Source: Albugo candida (lineage: Eukaryota). Taken from it: a DNA stretch of 64,000 bases. The notes below the pieces were generated by a model. That model searched no databases. It had not been told where the DNA came from and was given only the letters and a program-made list of their open reading frames with translations. Every line of letters starts with the position of its first letter. Position 1 is the first letter of the stretch. The stretch covers positions 186,001-250,000 of the forward strand of contig JBDOQK010000052.1 in assembly GCA_040437565.1 (NCBI GenBank), written 5' to 3'. Positions 24,901-36,716 of the stretch are shown one piece after another. Position numbers and translations under genes: made by a program.

Positions 24901-27900
24901 GAGTCCTGAGCATCCGTGATGTAGCATCGCCTCTGTGACCTGCGTGGTCCAGAATACCTGCGATACAGCCAAGACGACCTGAGCTGGCCAATCGAGGACC
25001 CAAGCCTCACGCAATGTTGACGGATACGATTCCAACGCACGTTGAATATGATCACGGATCGATTCCCATTGCACAGCTTCCAACTGCGCAAGCCACATTT
25101 CCACATTCCCTTTGTTAGCGGTGGATTCTGGCTCAATCGTACGGTGTAAATGCACACTTTCTCCTTCTGCGCTTTTCATTTCTGTAATGTGCAATTCCTT
25201 TTTCTGTTCATCTACCTGGAAACTCACTCGATGGATTCCTTCAAAGCATTTGCCCAAGTGTGGCTGGACAGCTCGTGGTTCCTTGGTTTGGCTTAAAATC
25301 TCCAGCAATTCATCATTCGACAGGAAAAAGAACCGAGGGAATGCCAAACGCTTTAGCTCGAGATAATCGCTGAGACCTTTTTGGATCTCGTCGAGCTTTT
25401 CGTTAGCTTTTTCAAATTTCGTCAGCAATTTTTCCATTGCAATCAGATTCATAAAGTTGGAATCTGTGACGGCTTCTTCCATAACTTTGCGCCAGAACGC
25501 ATCCACACTTGCAAATCGTCGTGATTCTGTCGGCATTTGACGCATGATATCCTCCGAGGAGAAGATAGATTCCAGGTACAGCCAAGTCCGCTGACATTGC
25601 ATCCATTCATCGAGGACTTGCTGAGCATACTGAAGCTTCTTCTCCCAGGATTTGCAGTCCTTCTCAATGTGATGGATGTAGAGAGAGCTACGTAGACTCT
25701 GAGTCTTTAAGAGATGATCTTCTAAAAGCGTGACGATCTCATCGATTCCTTGCAATACAAACGTTTGCGACGAGCGGTACGATATGCATTGTACATCAAC
25801 GTTTTCCCATTCTGCGATCATGGCTGTCAGCGTTCGTTGTAAGGAGAATTCTTTCTCAGCAGAAGCCCCAATCTTCTCGACAGCGTCGAAATGCAAAGTG
25901 ACACCTTTTTCTAAAAGAGCATTCAACGTGAGATCTTCCTCGGTCTCCTCAAAGCCCACAATCTGGCGAATTTGGTCCCAATGTCGTTCTTGAAGGGCTT
26001 GACTGGCCAGTCTTTGGATCACTGGAAGATACGCTCGAAATTCTTGAGTTTGCTCATGGAGCATTCGAGCAACCTGAGCGGATCCTGGGGCATTTCTATC
26101 GAATGTCTTGCTCAGTTTACACGAATTATTGCACCATTCTGTGATAGCGTTCTCAATTGCATTTCCATCGAGATCCATAAACGCTCCATTCAGCCACGTT
26201 TGCCGACTTTGTGCGAAATCAGAAGACATTGTCCAAAGTGTGTAAAAAGGCGTAAATTCCGTCTCCAATGCGTCAAGAATCGAGTATTCTGTTGGTAGGA
26301 GATCAAACACAGCTTCTCGAGCATTGAAATCAGCAGCTTTTTGCTTGGCTTCTTGGATCGAGTCGTACAAAGTTACAGCGAGCTCAACGTACTTTTTGGT
26401 CGCATCAATGTTCTCGTATGTGGAAAAGGCTTGCGCCTCTGCTTGATATCGATTCAGATCGATTTCGAAAGCCTTTTTCTCAGCCTTTAGCCGATCGACC
26501 AACCGGCTCTTATCTTCCTCTAAAGCGGTCTCGCAAACAGAGGCTGCATATTCGATTCTCAATGGCCATTCCTGGATCGAATATACCAGCGCGAAATCAT
26601 CGTCGTTCAATTTGTACTCCAACTGGTTCAGTGTTTGGACCCATCCATGAATTTCATCCGCCTTGCGTTTCATTTGGACAGTCACGACTTTACTTTGGGC
26701 GATGTAGGCTTTCAGCTCAGCGACTTGAGCTTCAGTATTTCGCTTTCCTGTGAGCCGATGCAGAATCCCTTCATAGGTGAGGCTCACGTGCACCGTTTGT
26801 TGTCGAATTTCAGTAGTGACAGCGTCCATCAATACATTGCGAGTTTGGAGAGCGGATTCGATCAGTTGCTGCTTCAGACTGTGACATTGAACAGAGATCA
26901 GCGGGAAAGCTATCACATCGTATGACACAAACTCTACAGAAGCGATAAACGTTTGAAATTTTTGTATGTGGGAGAAAATCGCCTCAATGGAGTCGCCAAT
27001 TGGAGTGAAATCACCGCTCTTCGCTGCTGTGTGTTGCGCTTTCCATTCGTAAACGTACGTGGTCGCATCGAATTGAATCGCTTCGACAAAAGAACGATAC
27101 TGAGTCGCTACTTTGCCGACTTGATTCATGCAATTTGATGCGAGATTGTGGACTTGTACCTTTGCATTCTCAATTCGCTCAACAACCTCCAAAGTCGTGA
27201 TATCATCGAGAGAAGTTTGTTCAAGCTGGAGAAGCTTTTTTGACTCTAATGAAAGGAGTGACATCAGCTCGACATCGATCGATTCAAACTGATTCACAGC
27301 GCTGCGGATGGAATCTAGTGGTGCGATCATTGCCTGGCACACCCGTTTCGCTCCAGGTTTGCTCCTCAGCTTTCCATTTTTCAATACGAGATCAATGATG
27401 ATGAGCGAGTCTTTCGGAGAACGCCATGGATCACCTTCATCGTGTTCTCCTCCTTTGGAGGTGCACAATCGATGTAAAAATTGAACCCAATCCGTCACAC
27501 TGTCGAGCACAATTGAGCGAAGCTGAGACGCCATACGCAGTTCAATTCCTCTGATGATCCGTTTTAATGGACTTTGCTCATAGACTTCGAAATCGGCGAC
27601 GTAAAAGTCGTACTGATCTTGCAAGTTGTCAACGATACTCTCAATCAATGACCTTCTCCAGTCGATCAATAGGACTTTGATCGTGCTATTCAGATGTGCT
27701 ATCTCGATCGCTTGAAAGTCTGTAAGCCGTAGAGGAAGTTCGACTGGTTTTAGAGTTTGTTGTAGCTGTAAGAAATGATGCGAAAATGGTGAGATAATTG
27801 AGGCTTTCACAGACCAATATGGGGACAATGACGACGTCGTGGGCTGAAAATGGGATCGAACGAGTAAAAGACGATGGAATACAACTTCCCAACTCGCGTA

Positions 27901-29133
27901 CATTCTCTGAAGTATTCGTATTATTTGGGTCGAATTCGCGAAATGCGTGAAATGAATCAGCTTTTGGTACTTGACAAAGGTTCCATAGGCGATGGGAATA
28001 CTGGCAAATTCACAAACGACTGACTTGGATGGAGGTGGATGTAGACGCAATTCCTCAAACTTTCTTCGGACGCTTTCATCAGCAAAGTAGCGGTGATACA
28101 GCCCCGCTTTCTGCATGATTCTTGCATACTCATCCGAAATGGAGTCTGTCAGAGCACCAAGTAGAGTGGAGGCGTCTTCATTCTTCATTGACAAACGAGC
28201 AGGTAATCCATTGACGACAAAAGAGTGTATTCGGTCTGTGATTTTCTTTTCGACGGGTCTCATACCTTTGCTGCTTTGTGCTCGTAAAAAATGGTCAAAG
28301 CGAAGTTGGGCCTTTCGATTCTCACGAAGTTGAAGAGCTTTGGATAAACGGAGTTCAAATGCTTGGGTATTTTCAATCTCGAAACGTAAATTGAGTCGAC
28401 GAACCCACTTTTGACGTCCCAAGCTCTCAAATTCGACCAGAAACTTTCCAACTGTTTCATCGTACAAAAGTACCCGACACGATCGCCATTTATAAGAGTT
28501 TTCGTGATAATAACGTGTGTATCCTTGGGAACAACGACTCAACCATTCTTGGGGGCTGTGTGGATCATCCTCGTCAGCATCGAAAAGATCAAGCGGAAGC
28601 TTTGAATGATCCAATTTCAAATACTCTTCTAAATCGACGACGTCGGTGGTTTCCGCTTTATGAGTTTGAACGGGCTCGGGAGAAGTCAAGCGCTTCGATT
28701 TCGACGAGGTTGGCTTCAAAAACGCTTTCGGGAACGGTTTGATAGGCTCTGGGCCTCGTATTCGCTTCAAAAAAGTCTCAAGGTCTCTTTCACGGGCAAG
28801 AGTTTTATCATCCTTCCAACGGTTAAATCGATTCGCATGATCCAATCGATCAAATGCCAGCGATTTTGTGTTACTCTCTGCATCTCTCCCGGTCTCTAAA
28901 GAAGCTTTTTGCAGTCGATTTGAAGCTCTAGCAATCGTCTGTACACGAAGATCAATAAGCATTTTCTTTTGATTCCGATACTCGACTTTATGAGCTTGGA
29001 GACGACGCATCAATTCCTTTGAAATCCCATCATCCAAGTCGAATTTGCTTGGACGATTGTTTCGAGAAGCGATTCCGGTCGATTTGGTCAAAGCCGAGAT
29101 AGCGGTCTCTGAGCTCTCACCATCTCTGTTCAT
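15968..29133 (-). CDS. Axonemal inner-arm dynein heavy chain (DNAH1-like), split in the ORF track by two gaps
   Basis: AAA P-loops GPAGTGKT, GNTMSGKT, GETGTGKS and GMGGSGRR, plus the stalk/microtubule-binding region and C-terminal HWIRRGAALLTQLDT. Removing the two gap+duplicate blocks (246 and 212 nt) gives 12708 nt, one frame of about 4235 aa. The N-terminal WRSCRVLLYD...KFLVEF...KWVRRLNLRF segment resembles DNAH1; that subfamily call is inferred. Confidence 0.95.
18938..19329. repeat. Gap-flanking direct duplicate (18938-19083 vs 19184-19329) inside dynein
   Basis: 146-bp copies on either side of 100 N. Confidence 0.93.
23662..23985. repeat. Gap-flanking direct duplicate (23662-23773 vs 23874-23985) inside dynein
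   Basis: 112-bp copies on either side of 100 N. This causes the apparent split of the dynein ORF. Confidence 0.93.
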
Positions 29134-29275
29134 TCTGGAGCCGAGGAGAAAAAGATGCGACTCAATGGCTTAAAGGTCACAGACATAAGTGTATATTTAA
29201 AGCGATAGCACGAAAACGCCTTACTGCCATTCTTTACCATAAAATAAACAAACATATCGATAGCTGATTAAACAA

Positions 29276-30108
29276 TCAGCTGGAAAGGATTTTCGTTCCT
29301 TCTGTTACTTTCCAATGCGGTGGCCACGTATTTTGGACAGAGGGGCGTGCGCGTATTCGCGTGTAAAACATCGCCAAACGAGGATAGAGACCATCCAATT
29401 GCAAGCCACATCGCACCGCATATGCCAAATTTGTGAACAGTGTAAAGTCACACAAATATGGCTGATTGGAATCCACGAGGAACGCATTTCCAGTCAAATA
29501 CGACTCCCATAAATTCAATTCTATTTCCACTTGGTTGAGTTTCGTCTTCAATAGCGCTTGATTGCGCTCTTTGGAAGAAACGCGTCGGAGATAAGTGATC
29601 AGGTCACCCAAAACAGATAGAAGCTCATTTGATTCATGGAAGCGCATTTCTGCAATTGCGAATTGCGCCAAATTTGTGGACGGTGGCATGCATGGTCGAC
29701 CTGTATACGTCCGTTCTAAGTACTCCAAGATCGCGCTGCATTCGTAAAGCGTTGTTCGAGATCCTGTCACTTCGTTCACTGGCTCGATCAGCACGGGAAC
29801 GCGCATACGCGGGTTAATACTTCGAAAAAATGGCGATTTTAGCACCCCACTAGAGAAGGCGACGCATATGCCGCGATACTGAATGTTTTTTTCCTCTAAT
29901 ACGATGAGCACGCGCCAAGCTATGCAGAATTGCGTGATGCAGATAGAAGGGATTTTATTGTATGCTTTTTACCTTGTGGGCTTCCAGAGCCCCAAAACAA
30001 AACGCGTTCATGCGGCAAAGGGGCTGATTGGATCAACGCTTCCTCTGTAGCGATAGGGTTGCTGCAATCCAATTCACCGCTCTGTTCTCTTGCCGCAGAA
30101 GTTTTCAT
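29276..30108 (-). CDS. Glutathione S-transferase (rho/GST-A-like N-terminal motif), intron 29920-29972
   Basis: Spliced LFWGSGSPQAWRVLIVLEEK, then INPRMRVPVL, LYECSAILEYLE and the C-terminal domain motif YLCDFTLF...RPSVQNTWPPHW. The start is uncertain because the gap at 30141 is adjacent. Confidence 0.85.
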
Positions 30109-30244
30109 TGCTTGCTCATACTTTAAGCACCAATTATCAGNNNNNNNNNNNNNNNNNNNNNNNNNNNNNNNNNNNNNNNNNNNNNNNNNNNNNNNNNNNN
30201 NNNNNNNNNNNNNNNNNNNNNNNNNNNNNNNNNNNNNNNNGACA

Positions 30245-30894
30245 ATGCGGAGCTCGAGTCCGACTTCGTCTTTAGACAGTCTTGGCCGGCGCAAACGACG
30301 GTCTTCAGTGCGTTCTCGTCAACATACGTCAAGACATACTTCATCTTCATCTACTTCCTCTAGCTCGTCATCAAATCTATCCGTATCGCCGAAAAAAAAG
30401 CGTCGTCACCATGATAATAGATCTCGCCGGCGCTCTAACTCTCGACATCGCGGTAGATCCTATAGCCGTAGACGCTACAATCGATCACGGTCACGATCAT
30501 ATTTATCTGGAGCGAATAGAAATAGGTTTGATCGCCCTCAATAATTTTCCTTATAATATGAGTTTTTCTTCGTAGAAGGATCGAGGGAAACGATAGTAAG
30601 AAGGTTGAGAAAGCGGTAGACACCTCCGAATCGACTAAATCGACTTTAGACTTGAAAAATGCGTCAACGAATTTGACAAGTAAGGTGGAGACCATAATAT
30701 CGGATGATGTTCCAGACGAAGAACAGCTCAGGCTTTTATTTGGATTCAATGGATTCGATTCGACAAAAGGCAAAATTGTCCAAGATAATTTGACAACAGC
30801 GGCGACAGGAGCTTGTCGAAAAGATACAAAACGCGAGTATCGGCAGTATATGAATCGACTTGGAGGCTTCAATCGGCCATTAGATAAACGATAG
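30245..30894 (+). CDS. SNRNP27: U4/U6.U5 tri-snRNP 27 kDa protein, intron 30526-30575
   Basis: RS-rich N-terminus and conserved C-terminus LFGFNGFDSTKGK...KREYRQYMNRLGGFNRPLD. The GT-AG intron joins the frames. Confidence 0.92.
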
Positions 30895-30970
30895 CTTGTG
30901 AGGATGACACCAAATGGACATGGATTTGGTGTCGCCAGAAGCTGCATTGGACACACATGAATTGGTAACG

Positions 30971-33742
30971 TCAGTATTTAGACGCCTTCTCTTTAGCTGA
31001 TAAACTTGTGCTCCATCGTACGCTGTTTTTTTCTTCTGATTTCATATGCAAACTTTCTACAATCTCGTTACTAAATGCACGTGTGTTGCGCAGAAAGATG
31101 TGATACCTTTCCATATCATCCTCTTGTTGGACCCAAGTGCTCCGATTCCCTTGTGTCTGCTTTTCTCGAGATTTTTCTTTTGCTTCAAGAGCAGTCCATT
31201 TCGAAAACCCGCCCGGCAAAGTGCCATCAAAGCCCGGAAACTGAATTGAATAGTTGATACTTTGCACTTTCATCTCGTTNNNNNNNNNNNNNNNNNNNNN
31301 NNNNNNNNNNNNNNNNNNNNNNNNNNNNNNNNNNNNNNNNNNNNNNNNNNNNNNNNNNNNNNNNNNNNNNNNNNNNNNNACTGCAGAACAGTACGGCATG
31401 AAATCTCATCTCGTGAGATCTTTCGACGTTCCTGGAGCAAGTCGAGCCGCCGGAGCTTTTTCTGCTGGCACCTTACGCTTTCATGTAGCCTACGGATTTC
31501 ACATTCCGATTCTTGTACAGAGCGAGATCGGCAAAGCGCACGCAAAAAATACTGCTGGATGAGATTTTGCGACTCTTTCTGTGTCAGGGTATTGAATTTG
31601 ATTTGCAGAGAATTATCCTTCAGCAATGCACTCAGTTGAGTTTCGGCTTTTGCGAGCAAACCCGATTCCATAAGTGCTTTTGCAGTCCAAAATTGTGCCT
31701 GGCGGTACAAATAAGGATTTTTAGAAGCTGATTCCGGTTGGATTGGAGTGTTACTCAGCTCAATGCGTTTAATGCTGTGTCGATCCAGCTGATGTAAAAC
31801 TGCCGGGTATTGATTGAAGCAATTTCCATTGGCACGTAATACCTCAAGGCCATGCGATTCCATAAATGATGATGGTAATTGCGAGATGAAGTTGAACGAA
31901 ATGCTAAGGACTCGCAAACTCGAGAGATTTCCGATCAAAAGAGGTAGTCTCTGTATACGGTTGTTGTCACACTGCAATACCTGCAAGTGTGTAAGTGAAA
32001 TGATGGAGTCGGGGAGTTCTTCCAATTCATTTTCGTCGAGTAAAAGATGCGTCAGGGCTCCAAGTTTGTCGATTTCCGAAGGTATTCGAGCTATTTTATT
32101 ATGAGATAGATTCAGCACTCGTAAAGAGGAAGCAATAAGGCATATAGGATTGAATAACGCGCTCGGAATTTCCGCAAACCGATTGTGTTCCAGATGAAGT
32201 TCCACAACTCTTGCTAATTCCAATGTTCTAGGATCAAAGCTGAGTGTTTCAAGACTGTTGTGGCTCAAATTGAGCTCGGTAAGTGCCGCTAAATTCGGAG
32301 ATATATGAAATGTTCCTTGCAGAGAGCACCTGCTCATACTCAGATGTCTCAAATTGGAAAATGATGGTGTCCAATTGTCAAAATTCCCAAGACTTGAATT
32401 ATCATCCAGACAAAGCGACGTGAGACTTTTCCAGTTGTACTGAAGATTGGGCAATGCATTCAGTCGGTTCATCCCAGCGTTCAGTTGTTCCAGTCCTTGG
32501 AGCAACACCATATCAGAAGGTAAGGTCGATAAATGATTTTGATCCAGCCGTAAAATTCTTAGTGTGTTTCCAAGCAATTCGTACGTCATTTTGTGCTGTG
32601 GTAAAGTCGTTAGCATATTGCAAGCAAGATTTAATTCCTCGAGAGCGCACAAGCTGAGTAGAGCTTCATCCTACAAATCAGTAATTTCATTGTTAGACAG
32701 ATCCAGTATTCGAAGCTTGCGAAAACTGCTTTGAAATCTAGGAAATCCGGTTAGCTTGTTGCAGGATAGTTTTAAAATTTCCAAGTTGCAGGTTTCATTA
32801 GAGCTTTCAACTGTTGTCGGACAGACGGGGATAGTAAATATCTTCAGTTCATTATGGCTCAAATCCAAGTTGGAAAGATTGACAAGTGTCCAAACTGCCC
32901 AAGAAACTGAAGAAACAAGATTGCGCGAAGCATTGATTGTATGCAAATAAGTGTTGTGGTGCAGCCCTGAGGGAAGTTTTCTCAGCTGATTATAGCTCAA
33001 ATTGAGCACTTGCAACAGCTTTAGATCCTGTATCTTTGCTGATATATGCTTTAAATTATTGTGAGATAGATTGAGGTTTCTCAGCGAACTCAGTCTCCAC
33101 AAACGATGTGAAATCCTCCGAGCCTGCAGACCGCTGACATCTAAATTTGCAATTCCATCGGAATAATTCTCTTCCATCTTAACCTTCGTCTCAAACTTTG
33201 GATAAGAGTGTACCAATTCTTTTCGATGTACATCCTCCAACTGACTTTTGCTTGTTCGATCGCCTGCTGATAATTTGTCCGCATAGTGGAGTGAATCATC
33301 CAGATTCTCTACATCCATTTCGGGATGACTTGGCTCATATTTTCGTCGCATTAAATGCCTTTTCCTTTCCATATAACCACGCCATCGCGATTGAATCAAA
33401 ATGCTCGCACATGACACGCGATCTGTGGCTGTAAAGTCTTCAGTCACCGAATTGGGAAGGGTCCATGAAGACTCTCCAGTCATAACATTGTGAAAGAATT
33501 TAGTTTGTGATTCATTATCATAGGCTATCCTCCAAGCAAATTCAGGATCATTCCCATATGTAGATTCTCCTTCCTTATATAGCGCGTTGTATGGCAAAGT
33601 CCACGATGATTCTCCCGTTCTAAACAATACAGTTCACATGTTATTTAAAGAAAGATGAGAACAATCTCAACATTAGGTACTCGTGATTGAAATAATAGAT
33701 TTGCTTGCTCTCTGGGTCAAAAACTTCTTCCCATGGAAACAT
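30971..33742 (-). CDS. WW-WW-IQ-leucine-rich-repeat protein (intron 33620-33680; in-frame TAG at 32671-32673; spans a gap)
   Basis: Two WW-like motifs (PWEEVFDPESKQIYYFNHETGESSWTLP; AWRIAYDNESQTKFFHNVMTGESSWTLP), an IQ motif (LIQSRWRGYMERK) and many LxxLxLxxNxL repeats across ORFs 32671-33627 and 31270-32652, which are in the same frame. The C-terminal end beyond the gap at 31280-31379 is less certain. Confidence 0.78.
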
Positions 33743-33852
33743 TGATTAATATGATCGCAATCTTAACAAGCCACCATCGTTGACATAGCGGAATTTTGAG
33801 TCAAGTAAATCAATAAGTATTAATAAAAGTTGCTGATCATGGAGACTTCTTC

Positions 33853-35307
33853 TCAATTACTGTCATGCATTTCTTCCTGATGCGTGGCCTCGACAATACT
33901 ACCTTGAAATCCTCGCTTGTCGTTCTGTTTCATTAGTTGTGCTTGCATATGGGCTACTTCAGCAATACGATTCTCACTCAGTGAGATCCTCTCTTCTAAA
34001 ACTGAAAGAGTTCGCGTAATGATTTCAAGCTGATCTAAAATGTGATGGAATGCAGAAGGAAACTCTGATTCTAAAGGTCGGTCTTGTACTCCATTTTCTG
34101 ATAAACTCATCTGCGTCAAATTTTGTGGTGGCACAAGCAAATCCGCTTCAGCATGAGAAGTATTCGGTGGCTCGTCATAAATTTCCCCATTTTGTATCAG
34201 TCTCGTTTGAGCCATAGGACTATTTCGGCAGTGTGAGGAGGTCTCTGTCGATTTACGCCGATCGCTTTCCCTGATCATACTATCTTCCTTAAACTGACTG
34301 ATCTTCACGTTCCTCGTAGGAGGGACACTAGCTATATGAGTGGGAACGGAGTTGTGTCGCTTTGCATTTTTCGTCGTTGAAACATCACTAGTTCTTTCCA
34401 ATTGCAAGCACTTCTCGATATCAGCATTCCATACCATCAGTGTTGTGTCAACAGATCCTGAAGCAATGTATTTGCAATCATGTGAGAAATTGGCGCAGTT
34501 CACTGCTCCGTCATGGCCATGAATTGTGTACAGAAGTTGCCCTTCCCGGACATCCCACAGCTTTATAGAATGATCGGTTGATGTTGAGACCAAATAAGTA
34601 CCAGATGGATGGAACGCTAAGCTTGTTACGTTCGAATCATGAGCTCGATAATGATGGATAAGTTTATGTGCGCGAGTATCCCATATATTTATGCTTCGAT
34701 CAGCGCTACAAGATGCGACCCATTGCCCTTCTGGATGAAACTGAACACAATTCACAATCCCTGCGTGCTCATAAAAAGTATGAAGACATTGCCGCTTTTC
34801 GACGTCCCATAAACGCACAGTTTTATCATCAGAAGCAGATGCAATCATGTGTGCATCGGGACTAAACTGAGCTGATCGAACCCAATTACTGTGACCAATT
34901 AAGGAGCACATAAAACGGCGATTTGGCAACGACCAAATTTTGATTGACATATCGTCTGAAGCTGTCAAGAGCTGCTTGGCAGAATATGAAAAGCAGACAC
35001 TTCGTACACCACCTGCATGACCTTTTATTACGACAGAATCTCCACGCACCGTAGGTGTCCAAAGTCTAACAGAGCGATCTTGAGAAGCGGATGCTAAAAG
35101 ATCACCGGCTGGAGAGAAGCATACGTCATAAACGGGTCCTTTGTGGCCCAAATACTGATACGCGCGAAGCTTTGGTCGGAAGTTCCACACCATTACACTG
35201 CAGTCGAGAGAACCGGATGCAAGCTGATGCATACATGGATGAAAACTTAGGCATGTTGCGGTGGATTTATGTCCGCGAAAGGTTCGGTGGAGCGTTGGAT
35301 TTTCCAT
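33853..35307 (-). CDS. POC1: POC1 centriolar WD40 protein
   Basis: Seven WD40 repeats starting PTLHRTFRGHK...LASGSLD..VMVWNF.P.LRAYQYLGHK. C-terminal POC1 coiled coil HILDQLEIITRTLSVLEERISLSENRI. Confidence 0.93.
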   Translation of the reverse strand: MENPTLHRTFRGHKSTATCLSFHPCMHQLASGSLDCSVMVWNFRPKLRAYQYLGHKGPVYDVCFSPAGDLLASASQDRSVRLWTPTVRGDSVVIKGHAGGVRSVCFSYSAKQLLTASDDMSIKIWSLPNRRFMCSLIGHSNWVRSAQFSPDAHMIASASDDKTVRLWDVEKRQCLHTFYEHAGIVNCVQFHPEGQWVASCSADRSINIWDTRAHKLIHHYRAHDSNVTSLAFHPSGTYLVSTSTDHSIKLWDVREGQLLYTIHGHDGAVNCANFSHDCKYIASGSVDTTLMVWNADIEKCLQLERTSDVSTTKNAKRHNSVPTHIASVPPTRNVKISQFKEDSMIRESDRRKSTETSSHCRNSPMAQTRLIQNGEIYDEPPNTSHAEADLLVPPQNLTQMSLSENGVQDRPLESEFPSAFHHILDQLEIITRTLSVLEERISLSENRIAEVAHMQAQLMKQNDKRGFQGSIVEATHQEEMHDSN

Positions 35308-35369
35308 CTGACACCATCTAATACAAATTTGATTGGCGGAATCAAAAGAGTCATAAAAATTCGATTTAA

Positions 35370-36716
35370 ATGCTGAGATCGATTATTGCTTGCAAGTCGT
35401 GCAGAAACGCACGAAATCTCAACTTTAAATCGTCTCCATTCTACCATGCTAATAAGAGCTTTGCCAATTCCAAACCTCGCTCATTGGAGGAAGTAGGCGA
35501 TACAGCTACGAAAAACCCATCTTCTGCATATAATGGACTAAAAACAGTGTACATAACTCGTGACGCTATCCGATCTCAGGTGATACTAAAAAACTACATG
35601 ATGAGTTGGATGTCCTGATAAATGTGTGATAGAATATTTGGGTATGGTTCGGAGTGGCGGCATTGGGCTGCGTCGCAATTGTCGCTTTCATGCCCGAGCT
35701 AAAAATCGGTGTCAGCAAGCACACTGCCGACTTGGCAACACGATCCCTACAGGATGAGACGCTTCAGATGCATACCCGGGTAAAGGGACAAAAAATTGCA
35801 TTATCAGGTTTCTAAGAACCATCGCTTTTCACCCAGGAATTAGCATCTCAGATTGTTCAAACTGTACTTGAAGATCCTAAAGTATTACAACAGGCTTCTC
35901 AATTTATACACAAGGTGATGTATGAAAATCCAGATGCAAAGTTATTGACACTGTCATCACCAGTAGCTTTCCACGATGACTAGCACACGAGAAGCTGTTC
36001 GGAATCTGGTTATCCAAACACTTGAAGATCGCGTTGCTATGCAAAAAGTACATGAAGCTGCAGGTGTATTGATTTCGGCTTTATTAAAAAATCCAGAGCT
36101 AAGGGCTCAGCTCATTGAGCTCGTGCAAGACACGCTACACCATCACCAAACGAACGAAGCAGTTATGCAACTTGTCAACCGGGTGCTCCAGGATGCTTCA
36201 ATTCGAAGTAATGTGACAGATCTTGCCGCTCAATTACTTTTGGAAAAAAATGTGGAACAAAGCCTCACCACAGCAATAACCAATTCGGTTCACAATACGC
36301 TAAGCGATGACGAAATTCAGTCACATGCCAAAGACTTCGTTAGTAACGTTGTTCGAGATCACACAGTGCAGGCACAGGGCAGTCAAGCATTATGGAGAAC
36401 AGTTCAATATGCAGTGACGCCAACCTGGCTAAACTGGCTCTGGCCAGCTTCAGCTATGAACATACATGACATACCAGAAAAACATCAAGTAGAAAATGGA
36501 ATGGGAAAAGACCAAGATGATCGCTATTTGAAGAAAAACCCAATCAAAACCGATCAGTGTGCCGAAGCTAATGATATTCAGCAATTATTTGAGGATAGAG
36601 CTAGCGTTAAAGAAGAGCCTTTAGCCGAGAAGACAACGCCCTCGACGGAACCTGGTAGCCGTACCTTTGAGGAGAGTCTGGCAGATCAGGATTGGAACCA
36701 GCAAGGATTCTTATGA
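35370..36716 (+). CDS. Hypothetical single-pass membrane protein, possibly mitochondrial (about 4 exons)
   Basis: Three GT-AG introns join a basic presequence-like N-terminus (MLRSIIACKSCRNARNL), a hydrophobic segment (IWVWFGVAALGCVAIVAFM) and the 246-aa helical ORF 35976-36716. No family recognised. Confidence 0.65.
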
